From positions 32,001-96,000 of IMG/VR virus record IMGVR_UViG_3300028654_000012: DNA of 64,000 nt; one strand, written 5' to 3'. A program made the translations under genes and the position numbers. Positions 63,830 to 64,000 of the stretch are shown piece by piece. Source of the stretch: a virus. Under the pieces are notes generated by a model. That model had not been told where the DNA came from and did not search any database. It was given only the letters and a program-made list of their open reading frames with translations. The stretch's first letter is position 1. Each line of letters begins with the position of its first letter.

Positions 63830-64000
63830 CGGGCGCTCTCACAAAGTAATCCAGATTCTCTTCCCAAACGTATTCTTTAGAAAGGGATACCTCTAAGGTA
63901 TCTTTATAAACTTTACTTACCTTTCTAGGTGAAGTTAGAAGTTTAGCATCCTCTACGGGTGCTCCTGCAGAAAGAAAGCTTCTAAGTAGACGCAATGTCT
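63660..64000 (-). CDS. C-terminal part of a hypothetical protein entering from the window edge
   Basis: Frame is open to the edge; overlaps 63335-63829, so one of the two calls may be partly spurious. Confidence 0.35.
   Translation of the reverse strand, partial: TLRLLRSFLSAGAPVEDAKLLTSPRKVSKVYKDTLEVSLSKEYVWEENLDYFVRAPDEIEGSRRPRNTSKAKNVQGSESLSSTDSGTAQPSAVQDSSQRSEESVPESVERPS

Larger units (their letters stand above)
1..64000 (+). mobile_element. Segment of a large tailed dsDNA bacteriophage genome
   Basis: Baseplate, fibre and holin genes followed by a full replication/recombination set, queCDE/folE2 and phoH. Dense co-oriented genes with TAATG/ATGA overlaps; no ribosomal or core housekeeping operons. 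Confidence 0.93.

Noticed and set aside
1-64000. Genome-wide stop-codon reassignment (TGA or TAG recoding)
   Set aside because: Long genes are intact under the standard code, and TGA is used as a true stop in ATGA overlaps (6872, 21878, 33866, 34596, 41977). Only one in-frame TGA, at a visibly damaged locus, was found.

Overview
A 64-kb segment of a large, probably lytic tailed dsDNA phage genome. Genes are densely packed and almost all on the + strand. No rRNA, tRNA, CRISPR array or integrase was seen. 1-17.4 kb: virion and lysis module, with a 5'-truncated baseplate-wedge-like protein carrying a DUF3494 ice-binding-type domain, a collar-domain fibre, two large beta-propeller fibres, a broken fibre locus, DUF5675, a holin and a spanin-like protein. 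~17.5 kb: AT-rich palindromic non-coding tract, a candidate origin. 17.9-44.9 kb: replication, recombination and transcription block (Csp, HAD, SF2 helicase, DnaC-like, AAA+, DnaB, split primase, SSB, RecA, split SbcC plus SbcD, NinG-like, UDG-PolA, dUTPase, three sigma-like proteins, NusG paralog, RseP). Interleaved with it is a complete preQ0 pathway (folE2, queD, queE, queC) and a divergent TGT-fold gene next to a nucleotide-kinase-like gene, pointing to 7-deazaguanine DNA modification. 44.9-63.4 kb: large acidic multidomain proteins with SH3/KOW-like barrels, a third fibre paralog, a metallophosphoesterase, a membrane-anchored trypsin protease and PhoH. Leading hypotheses: (1) 7-deazaguanine DNA modification, possibly pre-replicative; (2) a phage-encoded DegS/RseP/sigma-like proteolysis cascade; (3) an ice-binding-type adhesin built into the baseplate; (4) split primase and split Rad50; (5) multidomain proteins with K-x-A/S at domain borders. 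All family calls come from motif recognition by eye; no database search was run.
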